From the IMG/VR virus record IMGVR_UViG_3300033463_000014, positions 64,001-128,000 of that record: a DNA stretch of 64,000 nucleotides, one strand, 5' to 3'. Under the pieces are notes generated by a model, which worked only from the letters and a program-made list of their open reading frames with translations, was not told where the DNA came from and did not search any database. Positions 61,913 to 64,000 of this stretch are shown in pieces. The stretch's first letter is position 1; each line of letters opens with the position of its first letter. The DNA is from a virus. Taxonomy: Duplodnaviria; Caudoviricetes. Made by a program: the position numbers and the translations under genes.

Positions 61913-62681
61913 TTTCTCCTTTCAGTTTCCATTGACGTTTTCTCCGGACTCCAACCTGCACGCTATGATCGCGACAGATCCGTTTCGCCGGTCACTCATA
62001 ATCCAAACCCTCGTCTTCGATATCCACGTTCACCTCCGTGCCTCCGATGACGGATGACACAGCCTTCATTATCCTTCCCGCGAGAGATTCCTGACTGCAT
62101 TCAGACGCTATCCCGTCTATAATCCTCATGGTGAAGAAAATATCAGCCGCATCCCTGCATTCCTGGCACGACGCCACATCACCGCAAGGGCGCCCTCCTC
62201 GTCCAGCCCTGCATGAAGACATACGGAAAGGCGCGTATCCGCGCAGAGCCCTTGCGGCCTCTGACTGGACTTTCTTACTGATGAAATAAGTAGGAGACAT
62301 CCCTTCCAGGAAAGCCCGCTTCGACCCTATAGAGTCTCCTGGGCGAACGAAGAAAAACTCCCCTGTCACCTCTGCACGGATTCGTCCATCCCTTTTGTTC
62401 AGCCTTACTTGGTGCATATCCTCACCTTATCGATCTTCAGGACGATGCCTCCGTCCCTATACTCCCAAATGCCTTCGCCGACCTCGGCGACATCATCACG
62501 GCGCCATCCGTTTTCCCTGACATCCTTGTCAATGATGTCCCTGACCCGCTCCTCGGCCTCATCGCGCGTTTCGCACACGCTGATGGATGAGACAGACATC
62601 GGGTCCGGATCATTCGTGTTCGTGTCCACCACGACCCATACGTCAAGACCGTCTTTTTCCTCTGTATCCATAAGCCTCCAT

Positions 62682-62705
62682 AAAAAAAAGCCCCATGAAT
62701 GGGGC
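62682..62705 (-). terminator. Rho-independent terminator
   Basis: GCCCCA-TTCA-TGGGGC followed by T8. Confidence 0.75.
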
Positions 62706-62985
62706 ATGTTCTAGACTTCCAGACTTCCAGGTTTCAAGATTCCCCGGTTCCTAGTTTCCGGCGCTCCTCTTCTCCCGTTCCTCTACCGCCTTCATGGCTA
62801 TCTCGTCCAGCTCCTTCGTCCTCTGCGGCAGCCTGGATCCGCACCCGGGACATATCTTGAGGCCGCGCCCCCTTCTTCCCGCCCATCCGCAGGACGGGCA
62901 GAGGTAGGCTATCTGTTTCCTCGAGTTCCAGCACCCGATATGCATCGCCATACATACCTTCGGACTTTATTCTGTGGACTACGGA

Positions 62986-63345
62986 CTACGGCCTTGTGTC
63001 CATGGAAAAGGCAGGAGATCCGTCTTTATCCGTTATGCCTTCGAGAACAGACGCGGGAGGCTCTAAAGTCTCGCCAGCCTGCTCAAGGGCGTCGACATAC
63101 CCGAACAGCGCCTCAAACGGGATAACGTGCCGGCGCTCCGCCTTGCGCGTCTCCATCCACTTGATCCTGTGCTCACGGATGATCATCGCGAGAACAGGAA
63201 ACTCGGAAAGGCTCTCCGATGAGGCGTGGCAGAGCTCGCCGACGGCGTACCCGTAATAATCCGGATAACCCATCGCGCACTCCTCGATGTAGACCGCCGC
63301 CGCCCCCAGGTGCTTCACGACGCACTCAAGACACGTCTTTCTCAT
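62986..63345 (-). CDS. Hypothetical protein
   Basis: RKTCLECVVKHL...GELCHA; possible metal site. Confidence 0.6.
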   Translation of the reverse strand: MRKTCLECVVKHLGAAAVYIEECAMGYPDYYGYAVGELCHASSESLSEFPVLAMIIREHRIKWMETRKAERRHVIPFEALFGYVDALEQAGETLEPPASVLEGITDKDGSPAFSMDTRP

Positions 63346-63643
63346 TGCCCACCTCCCCTTCGTCTCCTATTGCGAATCCCTTGTAGTCTGCACTCGGAGG
63401 ATAGACGCGTATCATTTTCTTCACGTAATCCCTCCACAGTGCCCCCTTGTCCGTCAGCGGAATGATCTCCATCGACACGCGCCGGCTGTCGCCGTCAAGG
63501 ATAACGTCGACATCGTAGTCTACGCCCTCCTGCGGGATCAGCCTGGCGAGCGCGTCCGCAAGGATAACAACCCTCTGCTGCTGCTTGAAGGACAGTTTCC
63601 CTACGGGTATCTTCTTCCCGGAAGCGCGCTCGAGGAACCTCAT
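63326..63643 (-). CDS. Hypothetical protein
   Basis: 105-aa ATGA-coupled ORF. Confidence 0.55.
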   Translation of the reverse strand: MRFLERASGKKIPVGKLSFKQQQRVVILADALARLIPQEGVDYDVDVILDGDSRRVSMEIIPLTDKGALWRDYVKKMIRVYPPSADYKGFAIGDEGEVGNEKDVS

Positions 63644-64000
63644 TTGGATTTCCTCGACTTTCGCCTTTTCGGAGGCTTGTCGGCGACTTTCGGAAGATCG
63701 ATCTCGACCTCGGAGCCTGACGGACCGCCATGGGCTGACTCATCCTGAGTCTTCCCGTCCGGACCTATCTTCGCCGCGTTCTCAATGTCCTCACGCCACC
63801 CTTCCCTGACGGCCGCGTACTCCTCGTCGTCAAGGGAAATCTCCACGTGCGACAGGTTCGCAACGGACATCAGGGCAGCGATCGCGTCCTTCACGACGAG
63901 GGACTGGATCCTGATCCCGACAGGAGCGTCATCGAACGATTCCGAAGAGACGATGAGCTTCATCCCGACACCCATCTTCGCCGTCCTGTACGACACGGAC

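Noticed and set aside
1-64000. Many long plus-strand and alternate-frame ORFs (e.g. 435..1022, 15758..16624, 18495..19508, 33734..34495)
   Set aside because: Shadows of GC-rich minus-strand genes, with no RBS or recognisable motifs and full overlap with better genes.
1-64000. Stop-codon reassignment
   Set aside because: Conserved genes (terL, methyltransferases, HD protein) are intact in the standard code, and TAA, TAG and TGA all serve as stops.

Overview
This 64-kb window reads as part of a large, GC-rich, tailed dsDNA phage (or prophage). Essentially every credible gene is on the minus strand, tightly packed and often joined by ATGA/GTGA stop-start overlaps. Left part (1-17 kb): putative virion proteins with a recurrent KxA motif, an atypical 119-nt tRNA-like RNA, a glycosyltransferase/methyltransferase cluster, the large terminase, a permuted papain-like enzyme and a lipoprotein caspase-family protease. 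Middle part (17-53 kb): many small accessory genes dominated by paralog families, including two DUF6948 + Gly-rich repeat pairs, three DUF7666-type 9-aa repeat proteins, DpnD/PcfM-like proteins and eight mosaic 'MREAL...RNCD...W' proteins. Right part (53-64 kb): two DNA methyltransferases, an SSB-like protein, a DnaC-like loader, a replication initiator and an iteron array (probable origin). The best candidates for new biology are (1) the RNCD family, whose modules appear shuffled at short conserved DNA anchors, (2) the tRNA-like RNA with a non-tRNA core, and (3) origin-type iterons repeated 48 kb away inside a gene near the terminase. All family assignments come from motif recognition by eye; no database searches were run. 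The host cannot be determined from this window. Several starts were moved downstream of the ORF track using RBS or ATGA overlap evidence.
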